A DNA stretch of 64,000 nucleotides, taken from NCBI GenBank assembly GCA_951406725.2, contig OX597815.1, positions 121,458,001 through 121,522,000 of the forward strand, read 5' to 3'. Shown one piece after another: positions 39,274 through 52,544 of the stretch. The stretch is from Octopus vulgaris. Its lineage: Eukaryota. A program made the translations under genes and the position numbers. Each line of letters starts with the position of its first letter. Within the stretch, counting starts at the first letter, position 1. The notes beneath the pieces were generated by a model. It did not search any database. It had not been told where the DNA came from and was given only the letters and a program-made list of their open reading frames with translations.

Positions 39274-39323
<50 letters not shown>

Positions 39324-39379
39324 GGGCCAAAAGTCATGCACCAATATTTTTGACATTTTTTATATTGTTTTGTTGTTAT

Positions 39380-40445
39380 TCATCATCATAATCATTGTCT
39401 TTTAACGTCCATTTTCCATGTTGGAATGGGTTGGACCATTTGACTGAGGACTGGCAAGTCAGGTGGCTGCACCAGGCTCCAATCTGATCTGATCTGGCAA
39501 GGTTTCTACTGCTGGATGCCCTTCCTAATGCCAACCACGCTGAGAGTGTATTGGCTGCTTTTTACGTGCCACCGGCATGGTAGCCAGTCAGGCAGCACTG
39601 GCATCGACCATGCTTGAATTGTGCTTTTTACATGCCACTCGCACTGGAGCCAGTCAGATGGTACTGGCATCAGCCATGCTTGAATGGTACTTTTTACATG
39701 CCACCAGCATGGGAACCAGTCAAACGGCACTGGCATTGACCACACTCATATGGTGCTACCAGCAGGGGAGCTAGTCTGGTGGCACTGGCATCGACCATGC
39801 TTGTATGGTACTTTATACATGCCAATGGCAAGGGTGCCTGTCAGGTGGTATTAGCACAACAGCGATTTTACTTGACTCAATAGGTCTTCTCAGGCACAGC
39901 ACATTGCCCAACAATTGAAGGGAACTCTTAAATGGGCTGGTTATGCAACACTGGCATAAGCCATAGCTACTATCTCACTTAGCTTGCCAGGTCTTCTCAA
40001 GCACAGCACATCTCCAAAGGGCTCAGTCATTGCCTCAGCAAAGCCCAACATTCGAAGGTCGTGCTTAACCACCTCATCCCAGGTCTTCCTGGGTCTACCT
40101 CTTCCACAGGTTCCTTCCACAGTTAGAGAATGGCACTTCTTTACACAGCTGTCCTCATCCATACATAACCATATCAGCACAGTCATCTATCTTGCACACC
40201 ACACCTGAAGCTTCTTATGTCCTACCTTTCTCTCAGGGCGCTTACACTCTGTTGTGTAAGCACACTGACATTACACATCCAGTGGAGCATACTAGCTTCA
40301 TTTCTTTCGAGCCTACGCATGTCCTCAGCAGTCACAGCTGTTGTTTCACTGCCATGTAGCATGGCTGTTCGCACACATGCATCATACAGTCTACCTTTCA
40401 CTCTGAGCAAGAGTAGGAGTGTCTGAACTTTGCCCAGGCTATTGT
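39380..40445 (-). mobile_element. 5'-truncated RTE LINE (RT C-terminus, 3' UTR with ~66 bp tandem units, (GAT)n tail)
   Basis: VKGRLYDACVRTAMLHGSET..MRRLERNEASMLHWMC and VEGTCGRGRPRKTWDEVVKHDL are typical RTE C-terminal motifs. Confidence 0.9.
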
Positions 40446-40502
40446 TTTTCAGGCTGCCCTGGTAGAAAAATTTGAAACTACTGCTATTATTATTGTTATT
40501 AA

Positions 40503-40990
40503 GGCACTGAGCTGACAGAATTGTTAGTACACTGGGCAAAATGCTTTGCAGTATTTTGTCTACCGCTATATTCTGAGTTCAAATTCCACTGAGGTGGAAG
40601 TACCAGTTACGCACTGGGGTTGATGTAATCGAATTGATCCCTTCCCCCAAAATTGAGGTCTTGTCTTCCAATAGAAAGGATTATTATAAAAGAATTGTTA
40701 TGAGAAAGGATTATTATTACTGTAAAATGGTTGGTGTTCGGAAGGGATTCCAGCTGTAAAAACCTTGCCTGTGCTTGTGCCATGTAAAAAGCACTACTCA
40801 CCTCTCCTGTGCTTGTACTACATAAAAAGTACTAAGTCCACTCTGTTGAACTGTTGGTGTTAGGAAGGGCATTCAGCTATAAAAATCCTGCCAAAACAGT
40901 CACAGAAGTCTGGTGCAGGCTTGGGCCTGGCTGACAGTTGTGGTACCGGTCCACCCATGCTAGCATGGAACACGGATGTTAAATGATGTT
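40503..40990 (+). mobile_element. SINE B (internally deleted) followed by RTE 3' end
   Basis: Match to the families described above. Confidence 0.75.
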
Positions 40991-41163
40991 GATTATTATT
41001 ATCATTACCTTTTTCTGATGATATCTGAAAAGAAACAGTAATTTTAGCAAAACATATTAAGGAACACTAATAATAAATCAAAAAACAAGCTTTTGACGGT
41101 TTTATAGATATTTCAAAATTGTGATGCTATGATGCTAGGTGCTTCCATTATTTCATCCAACCC

Positions 41164-41222
<59 letters not shown>

Positions 41223-41654
41223 TAAATATCAATCTAAAACAACAGGAATACTAAAGGAAGGCCATAATTTAAGAGAAGAGAAAACCAAAAGGCCTTGTGC
41301 TATTCATTTAAAAATTCCTGAGTAGAACTTATTAGTACCTCCACTTTTGAAACTATGTTGAATGGTGAACTTGTTAACTTTGGCTTGTATTAAATAAGGA
41401 TAAACTATTTAATACTGTTACTAAATTTTCTACAGCCACCTTCACATTCCATGACTACCATTGGGTTATTTTTCTGTTTTTTTTTTTTACTTAAATTTTG
41501 AGAGTGGGCGGGTTCATTTTTAGTATTCTCATTTGTGAGAGCAGTCGAGTTTATTTCAGATATTCTCATTTTAAAAATCATCTCTGACGAATTGTTGAGA
41601 GGACGTGGGTGTTGTGTTGGCAGAGGTTTACGTTCTCTGAGTGCTCGTATTATT

Positions 41655-41685
<31 letters not shown>

Positions 41686-41839
41686 TTATTATTCATGTAC
41701 AAGTATGTGTGTATTTGTCATTATTTAATTTATTTTATTCAACTTATTGAAGCATGTCTTTGTCAATTCCAAGGTGTGAGTTTTAATCTTGTTTTATGAC
41801 CTTTGACCCACCCTGTGTGTGTGTGTATAGATAGATAAA

Positions 41840-42000
41840 TATATAATGGGATTCTTTCAGTTTCTGTTTACCAAATAATCCACTCACAAGGGTTTTGTTA
41901 GTCTGGGGCAATAGTAGAAGACACTTGCCCATGGTGCTGTGCAGTGGGACTGAACCCAAGACCACATGGTTAGGAAACAAACTTAATCATCCAGCCACTG
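41840..42000 (-). mobile_element. SINE family A 5' half
   Basis: Reverse complement of the head. Confidence 0.85.
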
Positions 42001-42954
42001 CCATATCCTAATATTTTTTGTTAAAATAATATTTTAGCTTTATATGATATGGCTTCCTTTATGAATTTTGATTGGAACTGTTGACATGTCCCATTCTTAA
42101 TGTCTTCTCTAATCATAAAATTGGTAGGACTGTGATAATGTCTGACAAAATACCCTCCAGTATCTGTTATGGCCATTTGTGCTTTTGCAGCAATGTCTAC
42201 AAGTACATTGGTTCCAAACTGTATTGGCATTAAAGTGTCGGTCTTTCCCTTGGACAGCATCCATAATGTAAAGAAGTAAAGGGAGACTTGTATTCTTAGA
42301 TCACTGCCAGTTTACCATAAACACCCCACTCCAAAAATAAAAGCAAGCAAACCTTGCCTCAGTCCTGCAAATGGAGTTACCTGATCAACCATGACTGATA
42401 TAGGTCCCGTGGTGGTACCTGCAGTGAAGTAAAGGAAAGCCAGTATTAACTGATGTTAGGAATGTAGTATAAGTAAAATTAAATTACTAGTTCATCATGG
42501 TAATAACAATGACTTCTCACTTTGGTTATAGTATATGAGGCAATAAATAGCAGTACATGAATACAGTACATGACTGATAGTTATGTCTATCAATCCTAGA
42601 GGGATGACAAAATTGAACCCCTTCTTGTAGTATTTGAACTATGAACAAAAGTAAAGCTGTTAAATTGACTCTGTAGTATTTCTGATACTCTGTTTAATAA
42701 TAATAATAGTAATAATAGTGTAAAATTTTGGCTCAAGGCTTTCAATTTTAGCAAGAAGGGTTTAGGTGATTACATTGACCCTGGTGTTTGACTTATGCTT
42801 TATTTTATTGACCTTGTAAGGATGAAAGGCAAAGTTGACCTTGGTGGTATTTGAACTCAGCAGTGGAAGAAATACCTGCTCGCCATCATCATGATAACAA
42901 TGATGATAACGAATAATATCTCATTTACTTGCCACAAAGATACTAGATAAATGA

Positions 42955-43245
42955 AGGCATTTGGCTTAGTGATTGGGGTGTTCAGGTCATGATTATACAG
43001 TTGTGTGAGTTCAGTTCCTGGCAGCATATTATGTCCTTGAGCAAGACACATTGTCCTAGTCCACTCAGCTGGCAAAAACAAGTTGTACTATATTTCAAAG
43101 GGCCAGCTTTATAACATTCTTTGTCATGCTGAATGTCCCTAAGAACTATGTGTCTGGGGTGCTTGGCCACTTGCATGTTAATTTCACAAGCAGGTTGTTC
43201 TGTTGATTGAATCAACTGGGACCCACATCATTGTAACCAATGGAG
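42955..43245 (+). mobile_element. Different tRNA-derived SINE
   Basis: tggcttagtg..gagttcagttcc A/B boxes and gtccttgagcaagacac CORE-like box; related head at 47555-47790. Confidence 0.6.
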
Positions 43246-44464
43246 GGAACATTACAGAGATAGATGTGGGAGTTTACATAGGAGTCAGGTAAAAAAAAAA
43301 AAATGAAATGGAATGTGGGTAGAAAGAAAAGTATACACAATAGACAAATATGTGATGTAATCCTCAGAGAAGATCCACTTAAGATGAAGGAACCTAGGTT
43401 GCTCTTTAAAGATTACAGAGATGACCATGAGTAGGTGCTCAGGCATATATATTGGCTGTAGACTCATTCACTTGTACCATGTTTGCTATTGTCTCCTTGC
43501 CTTTTAACAAATGTACTGGAGGACAGCATGCCGTCAGCTCCACTCACCTTCCTTTCAAAGGAGAACTTGAAAAAACTTCTGAGGGCCAAAGAGGAAACTA
43601 TTAGTCTTCAGTTCTTTCAATTGTTTCCATCACACTTACTCTTTTCCTATACTCACCAGGAAGAGGAAAACTACTGGCCATTTACAATTAAAGAAAGATG
43701 GTGGGGTAATCTTGTGGAGAACATGTTCCATTTATTAAGCAATCAATCTACTGTTGACACTCTCTGGACAGTTGATCCACTATATTGTGGATATTGATGT
43801 GTAGACATGCCCTGAGGCTGCAACATCCACAAAGATTCCTTCATAATGTGAAGGTGTAGTTGGTCTTTGTTAGGTATGTCTTTCCACAACTTGTATCTCT
43901 GATGGAGCTGCAGTCTTGGGTTTAGCAAAGACTAAAACTGGATGGTTGATATCTGGAATGCTGTCAATTACTCAGATCCTTCTACTAGTTGAACAATGTA
44001 GTTATCTGTCCTCTATATGACAACTCCAAAAGTCAGCCATTCAGAGAGAGGGGAAAAGGGGAAGAGAAAGAAGGAAGTTTTGGAGAGACAGACAGACAGA
44101 TAAAGAAATGAAGACAGAGAGAGTGAGGGAGGGAAGAAAAGAAAAGCAGAAGTGAGGAGGAAAAAGAGAGGAAAGAGGATGGAAGACAGGAAGAAAGAAA
44201 TCAGGAAAAGGAAATAGATAGACAGTTATATATATATATATATTTTTGTCATATTCACATTTGTGCATATGCTTGTTTGTAAATACATCATCATCATCAT
44301 TGTTCGACCGTGGTCGAGACTTTCATAGTCTTTTCAAATGGCTAATAATGTGTGCGCGCGCCACTACTACACACTTGTAAATACACCACATACACACACA
44401 CACACACACATGTGTGTACAAGCATTCATACATGTATGTGCATATATATGTTCATGCATATAAG

Positions 44465-44612
44465 TGCAGGAGTGGCTGTGTGGTAAGTAGCTTGCTTACC
44501 AACCACATGGGTCCGGGTTCAGTCCCACTGCGTGGCACCTTGGGCAAGTGTCTTCTACTATAGCCTTGTGAGTGGATTTAGTAGATGGAAACTGTAAAAA
44601 GCCTGTTGTATG

Positions 44613-44658
<46 letters not shown>

Positions 44659-45080
44659 CACATATATATATATATATAGTTAATCCAAACATGAAAACAC
44701 AAAGAGAAAACACAACACAACACGAGGACGTGGAACAAATATAGTATTATTGGACGCTCAGGAAGGTAGGAAAGAAGGGGGGTTTAACATTTCGAGCGGA
44801 GCTCTTTGTCGGAAACATAAGAAAAGGACAGATCCAGAGAAGGGAAGACGGAGAAAAGAAAATCGCCAACGGTACACACGCGGTCACATTGCCCCCCCCC
44901 CCCATCTTTGCTTGGCAACCAATGTTGGTGTGTTTACGCCCCTGTAACTTAGCAGTTCTGCAGAAGAGCCCAATAGAATAAGTACTGGGCTTACAAAGAA
45001 TAAGTCCTGGGGTCGATTTGTTTGACTAAAGGCTATGCTTCAGCATGGCCACAGTCAAATGACTGAAACAAATAAAAGAA
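44465..45080 (+). mobile_element. SINE family A interrupted by a hammerhead-bearing element
   Basis: Head 44465-44610 and tail ~44890-45080. Confidence 0.85.
44678..44889 (-). mobile_element. Hammerhead-bearing element, copy 3, inserted in the SINE's (TA)n
   Basis: Reverse complement of 366-575; ribozyme reads gttt-CCGACAA-a-gagc-tcc-gctc-GAAATGTT-aaac (core mutated). Confidence 0.8.
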
Positions 45081-47104
45081 TATATATATGTATGGATATA
45101 TATATGCATACATATGATACATACTTGCATAAATGCATACAAACATCTACATAAATATATACATTTATCTATCTTTCTTTTTTCTTTCATCATTATCATC
45201 ATCATTTAAAGCCCGCTTTCCATGCTGGCATGGGTTGGATGGTTTGACTGAGGACTGGTGAGGCAGAGGCTGCACCAGGCTCGATCTGATCTGGCAAAAT
45301 TTCTACAGCTGGATGCTTCTCCTAATGCCAACCACTCTGAGAGTGTAGTGGATGCTTTTACGTGCCACCAGCACGAGGTCCAGTCAGGTGGTTGAAGCAA
45401 CAGAGTGACTCAAGAGCAAAGAGATTCATGCATTGGTACTTATAAGTTTGATAAATGACAGTACACGAAACTCTCAGCCCTTGAGTCACTTTGTTACTTC
45501 TGCTAAATATCAATAAAGATATATTCATATTCTGAGTTCTATTTTTCCTGGTTGCATCATCATACCTCTGTGCGCACATGTGTGTGTGTGTGTGTATTGC
45601 TTTTGCTCAGTTTCTATTCACCAAATTTCACTCAGTTTCCTTTTCATTCTTGAATGATGTGAATTTAGCTAATATTTTCTTACATTTTTTTTACCATTGT
45701 TTCAGTAAACATATGCTATGTATACTTTCTACAAATGTTATCTAATTAATTATAGAAAATAATAAAGAAAATAAGCTACATAATGAATTAATCCATATAT
45801 TAACTAATTTAATACTTCTCTGCAAAACTATGTTTGCACTTATCTTTCTGCTTTTCTTCTTCCTTGCGCATTCACAGTTTTCGTCATGTACTTTACTACC
45901 GAAAACAAAACATTTAGTACTATCTTGTGAATACACTGACTCCTTGCCTACTTGGAACTGCTTGCACACCTGGGATTTAATTGCTTAAAGCAATTACATA
46001 AGTCGGATTCACTGCAATTATAGTGTGGAAGTTTTGTTTAGTCTAAAGTGACAAGTTTCTCCTGAACCCTTGGCAATCTTAGCATTATTATATCTAAATA
46101 GATATTTTTCTTAGAGGAAGAACATATATATATATATGTGTGTTTTTTTTTTTTTCACTTTTGTAAATCTTTAATTACATAACAGGATTCATGTATTTAC
46201 CCATTAGCTTCTACAAGTTTACATAGTAATTTAATAGTGAGGAACAAAGTTTAATCAGATCTGATATTATTCATCTTGTTGAAGGTTGTGATATCGATAA
46301 GTGATTTTTGAAATTCATCTATATTATGTTGTTTTTTTTACTTTTGTATCTATATTATTGAACATTTTGTGTGTGTATGTGTGTGCATTACTTTGATTAT
46401 GATCTAAGGTCGCCCTGCCTTACATGTGTTGTCGGAAGGAAGGGATGAAATGTCGATATCAAATAACAACTACTTTCATTTTATTTGCTTTTCCTGAATT
46501 CATTTATAAGATAAATATGAAGGGAATCACAGTGTTAAGATATACTCTTGTATATGTTCTATAGATATTATGACACTTCGATTTCATTTGCTTTTCTTAA
46601 ATACATTTACAAGATAAATATGAAAAGAATTGCAATGAATATGAAGAGATTCACAATGCGTAAAGACACTCTTGCACAAAAGAAACTTCTGAGTCTCAAT
46701 TGGAAGATTACACTTCATCAGCTTTCAAGATTCTGAAACATATCAAATGCCTATGATTTTACTATACAAATCTTATGACCATTCATTTCAGAATTGAAAA
46801 CATTGACAGATTGCAATGCCAAAACATTCAAGGAAGCAGTTTTAAAAACTGACCTTACTGAGTATGATGTTGAATTTGACATACACAAATGATGCATGTA
46901 CCTCAAATTCTAAATCTGATCAATTTAATGGTCTGTTTTGTGAAATCTCAACTCAGCTGTGATTTTTTTTTTTTAATCCTAATTTGCCTAACATTGCCTA
47001 ACGTTAGAGAAGAATATTGGCACTCATTTACAAATTCCCTGCCTCTGTGATGGATCTTCATTTCATATGCTTATTTCTGGGTTATTTGTTCTAGAAGTAC
47101 TCTT

Positions 47105-47487
47105 TACTCTTTTACTTCAGTCATTTGACTGTGGCCATGCTGGAACATCGCTTTTAGTCAAGTAAAAATGGACCCCAAGACTTATTCTTTGTAAGTCTAG
47201 TACTTATTCTATCAGTCTCTTTTGCCGAACCACTAAGTTATGGGGAAGTAAACACACCAGTATCGGTTGTCAAGTGATGTTGGGGGATAAACACAGACAC
47301 ACAAACACACACACACATATATACATATACATGACGGGATTCTTTTCAGTTTCCGTCTATCAAATCCACTCACAAGGCTTTTGTTGGCCCGAGGCTATAG
47401 TAGAAGACACTTGCCCAAGGTGCTACGCAGTGGGACTGAACCTGGAACCATGTGGTTGGTAAGCAAGCTACTTACCACACAGCCACA
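47105..47487 (-). mobile_element. SINE family A, near full length
   Basis: Reverse complement of 26849-27240. Confidence 0.9.
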
Positions 47488-47829
47488 AACATTTTTTTTT
47501 ACTCTCCCCTGACATTAACAGCAGTCACCTAGAGAAACTGAAACAGAAAAGATATGTGGTCAAGTGGTTAGGGTGTTGGACTCGTGGTCATAAAAATGTG
47601 GTTCTGATTCCTGGACCAGGTGATGTGTTCTTGAGCAACACACTTCATTTCACATTGTTCCACTCCACTCATCTGGTAAGATTGAGTAATCCTGTGATGG
47701 ACTGGCATCCCATCCAAGTGGGGAATATATGTACTACAAAAATCATGGAACCAGCCTTATGAGTGTATATAGCTCAGGAAGGATTTTATCCTAACTGAGA
47801 CAGAAAGTGGAAAGGAGGCAATTGAATCA

Positions 47830-48176
47830 AAAGTAACAGCATCTTAATGGATTCTGTAAAAAGCAACAACCTAAGTTTAGATCTTTTCTTTGTCGATAGT
47901 CCTGAATGTACTTTAAAGACATTTTTCAATCAAGCAGTGAATGTGTGGAAGCTTGTTTTATCAGCCAATTCTTACAGTTGCATCTACAGGACTGATTGTA
48001 TTGTTCTCACAAAAGTGATTCTTCAGTTCATTCAACTATCTGCAATCAAGTTTCCATCAACAGATTTTAATTACAGTGTTGATATTAACAGCAAACTTGA
48101 ATGAATAAATCCAGTCTGTCATTTTGTCTGTTGTTGGATGAAGCTTTAAAAATGTTGAAGTATGTGTATGAATTTG
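47830..48176 (+). pseudogene. Ancient Helitron PIF1-like helicase, N-terminal motifs
   Basis: LFFVDSPECTLKTFF resembles FFxDGPGGTGKTFL (Walker A); LTVASTG; SVHS; LLLDEALKM resembles IIWDEA.M (Walker B). Confidence 0.65.
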
Positions 48177-51100
48177 TTTTTTGTTTTTTTTCATCTAGTT
48201 TCAGCTCACGAGCTGTGGCCATGCTGGGGCACTGCCATTTGGTGTTGCTACATAATTTTACTTCACGAATGCTTTTTAGCAATTGACATTTGGTGCATGA
48301 GAGAGTTTGATGCTGCTGCCCTCATCTGGACCTTCTGCTGCGAAGTTGGTTCATCTGGGACACCTGACCAGAAGAGGTCCAGCTTTATTTTGAAGACCCC
48401 TACATCCACTCCATGCAGGTCTCTCAGGTCCTTCGGGAGGATATTGAAAAGCTGTGGACCTCTGAAGCCCAGGCTATTGCAATATCTTGTCCTACATCTT
48501 GATGGCAAATTTGGAGTCCTTGGTGCTATGCAGTGATGCCCAGTTCTAGTACTTGTGTAACTTTCGATGCCAAAATTTGGGACAAGTCGTTCCAGGATCT
48601 TCCAGATGTATATCATGGCATATCTAAGGAATAGAGTCTTAATCTCTTGAGTCTTTCTCAATAGCTTATATGCTGCATAGAGGCTATCTTCTTCATGTAG
48701 ATTCGTTGGATTGCCTCAAGTTCTGAGATTAATTTGACACTGGATGGTGACCATAGCTGAGAGCAATAGTGAAAGTGGCTTAGGATAAGTGTCCTCCAGA
48801 GGACCATCATGGTTTCCTGGTCTCTTGTTCTAAAAGTTCTAAGAATCCATCCGGTCAGCCACCTACATTTCATTGCCAATTTAGCAACATGCACATGACA
48901 GGTTGCATCATTACTCATGTAAATGCCCAGGTCTCGCACTGATTGTGCCTCTGGAATTGCAATCCCTCCAGGTCCAGTGTATGTATTAGGTATTGCATTT
49001 AGTTTTGCATGCTGATAGCTCAAAGCTTGAAACTTTTCAGCATTAAACTGCATGTTATTCTTTTCAGCCCACTTGTATATTTCATCCAGCTCACATTGCA
49101 GGTGCATAGCGTCTTCAGGGTTCTGTATTACCTGTGAAACTTTTGTATCATCTGCATAACTTGTGATTGTGGCTCTCTGTGTGGCTGAGGGCATATCTGA
49201 GAGGGCCATTATGAACAGTAGTGGTCCCAAAACAGTGCCTTGTGGAACACCACTCACTATTTGTGTGTCATTGGAGATGGCCTTATTGGCTACTACCACT
49301 TGACTTCTATCCTTCAGAAAGTCATGAAGCCATTCTCCCAATTTTCCAAATATGCCAAGATCACGCAGTTTGTGACATATCATTCCATGATCGACTTTAT
49401 CAAAGGCCTTTGCAAAGTCGAGATATATCACTTCTACATTTGAGTGGTTTCAGCTGTTTCAGCACCCAGTCATAGTGTTATAAGAGCTGAGTTAGACAGC
49501 TTCTTCCTGGTTGGAAACCATGTTGGGTGTCAGGCAGCAGGTCATTTTCTTCAAGGAAGGCGATTAGTTTTCTTCTGAATATTCATTCCATGACCTTGCT
49601 GACGTGCTACCTCCTTTATGAATAGGGCATATTTTACTCTCCTTCAGTTTTCTTGGAAGTTTGCCAGTTGCAAGGAAGCTCTGAAAGAGGGACTGCAGTG
49701 GTCTTGCTAGGACTCGCTTACATACTTTTAGAAGGATTGCTGGGAATCCATCTGGGCCAGTAGCTGAGTTTGGATTCATTTCATCTATAGCCCTTATTAC
49801 ATCATCTTCCTTTATATTGATGTAATCAATCATCATTGCCTCTGTTTTTATATCTGCAGTGGTAACGAAGTCAGTTGGATTGCTGACTTGAAAGTGCCAT
49901 AGGGGTGGAGTGAAAATACTTTTGAATTGCTCATTTAGTATTTCACTTATCCTCATTGGATTTCCTGTGAGTGTACCATCTTTTTTAAGGAGTGACTCTA
50001 TCCTGCAGTGCACTGAAGCTGTTTCTTTGGCAAACTTGTAGAAAGCTCTGGGGTTAGATTTTATATTGTCTATAGCCCAGGCTTCTTTGTCTGCTCTTTC
50101 TTTTTCATGGGAGAGTTACAGACTTTTTTCAATTTCCAGCAGTTGTATTTTCGGGCGGGACTTTTCATTGCTTTCAATTTGTTTGTTTAGGCAATTTGAA
50201 ACTTTTGTATGCTGTCTCATTAGAATTTTCCTCTTCCTGGGGATTTTGTTCTTGTGTACAGTGGCCTTTCTCTCTGGGACACATTTGTAGCATATGGCTT
50301 GCATTACAGACATGAATTGTTGAAGTTTCATGTCAATGTCCAGTGAGGAGAGACATTTAGGCCAGTTATGTTTGAGGATCTCTTTCTCAATTTGTTTCCA
50401 GTTTGCCTTATGGAAGTTCAAGCTGGAAAGATTCTAAGAGTTTCTTGTAGGCTGCATGTCCATGCTTTCCTTTGGCCCATACATGATCAGCTCTACCATG
50501 TTGTGATCCGAGAGTAGCGTCGGTGTCACTTTCACATTATGGATGAGTTCCATATTATTTGTGAAGCAGAAATTCAGTATGTTACCTGCCCTGGTTGGTT
50601 GGAGTACTATTTGCTCCATGTACAAAGTGTTGATGAGGTTCAAGAGGGACTTCACCTGTCCTTGTTCGCATCGTGTCTTTCCTGGGAGAGAAAGGCCTTC
50701 GGGCCATCTGACACTGGGCAGATTGAAGTCTCCCATAAGAAGTACACTTATGTGTTGTTCTAATGTGACTAGAACTTCTATTTTTGTATGGCAGTCTTCA
50801 AACTTGCCTACATGATTTGGAGCATCTGGAGAGCGATATGTAGCACATATAACTACACAGAGTTGCCTTATATGTACAATTAGTGTGTCTCATACTTAAT
50901 TTGAGTGTGACAAAAGGACCTGGAGTGTAAGGTCTTTGCAGATATACATAGCAGCTCCACCATGATTCCTTTCTTTCCTGTCAGTCCGTAATACAACATA
51001 CTGTGGTATGTGTATTTCTACATTTGCTATATCTGGTTTCAGGTGTGTTTCCATAAGTGCTATGCATAAGGCTTGATTGCATTCAACAAGTTCTCTCAAG

Positions 51101-51340
51101 AAAGGGATTTTTGCCCTGTTACTGAGTTTTAGCAGTCCTCTGATGTTCAGTAAGAGCACCGATGTGATGTATGTGTTGTTGCCAGTGGTGCCCACCTTGG
51201 GTCTATTTGCTGTGGTGGTCTTGTATATTGAGGATAGTCACATCTGTGAGATTGATGGAGCCAGGTCAGCTGCTGTACAATCTTTTGTGCCTTGCACAAA
51301 AAAGATTGCTGTTCAGCAGCTGCCCTTTTTTGATCACAAA
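48177..51340 (-). mobile_element. Decayed CR1-group LINE, ORF2 (APE endonuclease and RT) broken by stops and frameshifts
   Basis: LNIRGL, LMETHL, RTDR..GG, GDFNLP, PTR, LSDH (APE); GPDG, YLDFAKAFDKVDH, SGVPQGTVLGPLLF, YADDTK, RDLGI (RT); A-rich 3' tail. Confidence 0.95.
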
Positions 51341-51439
51341 TTTTGCGAAACCACCAACTCTTGGAGGCTGGATCTTGTTTCTAACACTTTCTATTTTAAA
51401 GAAACCTATTATGATCAATTAATATAGACTTATTCTTCA

Positions 51440-52180
51440 TTTTTGAACAAAACGAAAACTTATCAACATAAGAGTGCAGAATTGAGAAGATTGTAACTAG
51501 GCTGATTCTCTAAGTCTTGTGAGTGAAGAGTGAACAGTTGGATTCTGAAGGCCAAAGTGAGCTTCCAAATGATATGATTGGTTTGAATGAATATAAAATA
51601 AATTTGATTTTTGGCAACCTATGGAATCCTTCAAACTGCTGATCAAACAATGCTATCTCTTACCAGTATTGTTGTTGATTCTATAAATGAGAACATTATC
51701 AACATATTTGATGAGAAACAGACTTAGAAAAAGTATTGATTCCAAAGTTCATGACAATCTGTACAGATACCTAATAGTTTCTAAACAAGTGTAACTTTAG
51801 TGTAGTGCTTCCCCCATCTCATACTTCAAACTTGAAAGAGCGATGTGTTGTTAGTGCTTTTGTGTAATTTAAATAAGGCTAATGGACTTTGTAATGACGC
51901 AAAAATTCAAACAGCCCATTTAGATGAACACATGATAGGGTGACATTGTTAAAGAAGGTGAGCATTATAGAAAACATGTCATTGTACAAAGGATTAAACT
52001 GATACTTTCTAACACAGCTCTGTCATTCATCTTTATGCAATTATTGCTTCCAATTTGAGTGGTTTTCACAGTAACAGCCAATAAATCTCAGTGCCAATGA
52101 TCAAGTAAAATAGGCCTGTTCTTCCCAACTGATCCATTTGTGCTTGGACAATTAGTTGAAGGCTGTTCTGTTAAAGGCTA
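51440..52180 (+). pseudogene. Ancient Helitron PIF1-like helicase, C-terminal motifs
   Basis: VDSINENIINIF, PPSH..LK, LLCNLNKANGLCND, HVIVQRIKLI, LPI*VVFTVTANKSQCQ, IGLFF..PFVLGQL correspond to LLRNL..GLCNG, IPRI, TINKSQGQ, F.HGQL. Confidence 0.8.
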
Positions 52181-52544
52181 CGCCAGCTACTACAGGTACC
52201 ATCACAATATCAAAGACATGTCACCAGACATTGTAGATTTCTATTGTTAACACTTCTTTCTTAACATTTAGTATTTTCTAGATGCTTAACTCATATAAAT
52301 ATTGGCATGGGTTGGGTGGTTTGACAAGATTTAGCAAACCACTGAGGTGTTTTAAGCTCCAATGTCAGCTTTGGTATGGTTTCTATGACTAGATGCCCTT
52401 CCCAATGCCAACCACTTTATATTGTGTACTGGTTGCTTTTTTCATTCCACCAGCACTAGTGATGGTGTCAAGTAACTTGCAAGATTGAAAAGAACAGAAA
52501 GAAGGGAAAAGCTGCATACAATAAAAGAAAAGAAAAAGTGCATG

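Noticed and set aside
39555-39850. CRISPR-like periodic array
   Set aside because: ~66 bp tandem units without unique spacers, in an RTE 3' UTR of a eukaryote; no cas genes
41584-41590. CTGACGA motif
   Set aside because: No downstream GAAA or supporting helices
42021-42260. 79 aa minus-strand ORF in unique-looking DNA
   Set aside because: No recognisable motif or convincing splice sites
43400-43950. Possible old CR1-like 3' remnant on the minus strand
   Set aside because: Only faint resemblance (TNSFLFGPQKFFQVL); too weak to call by eye
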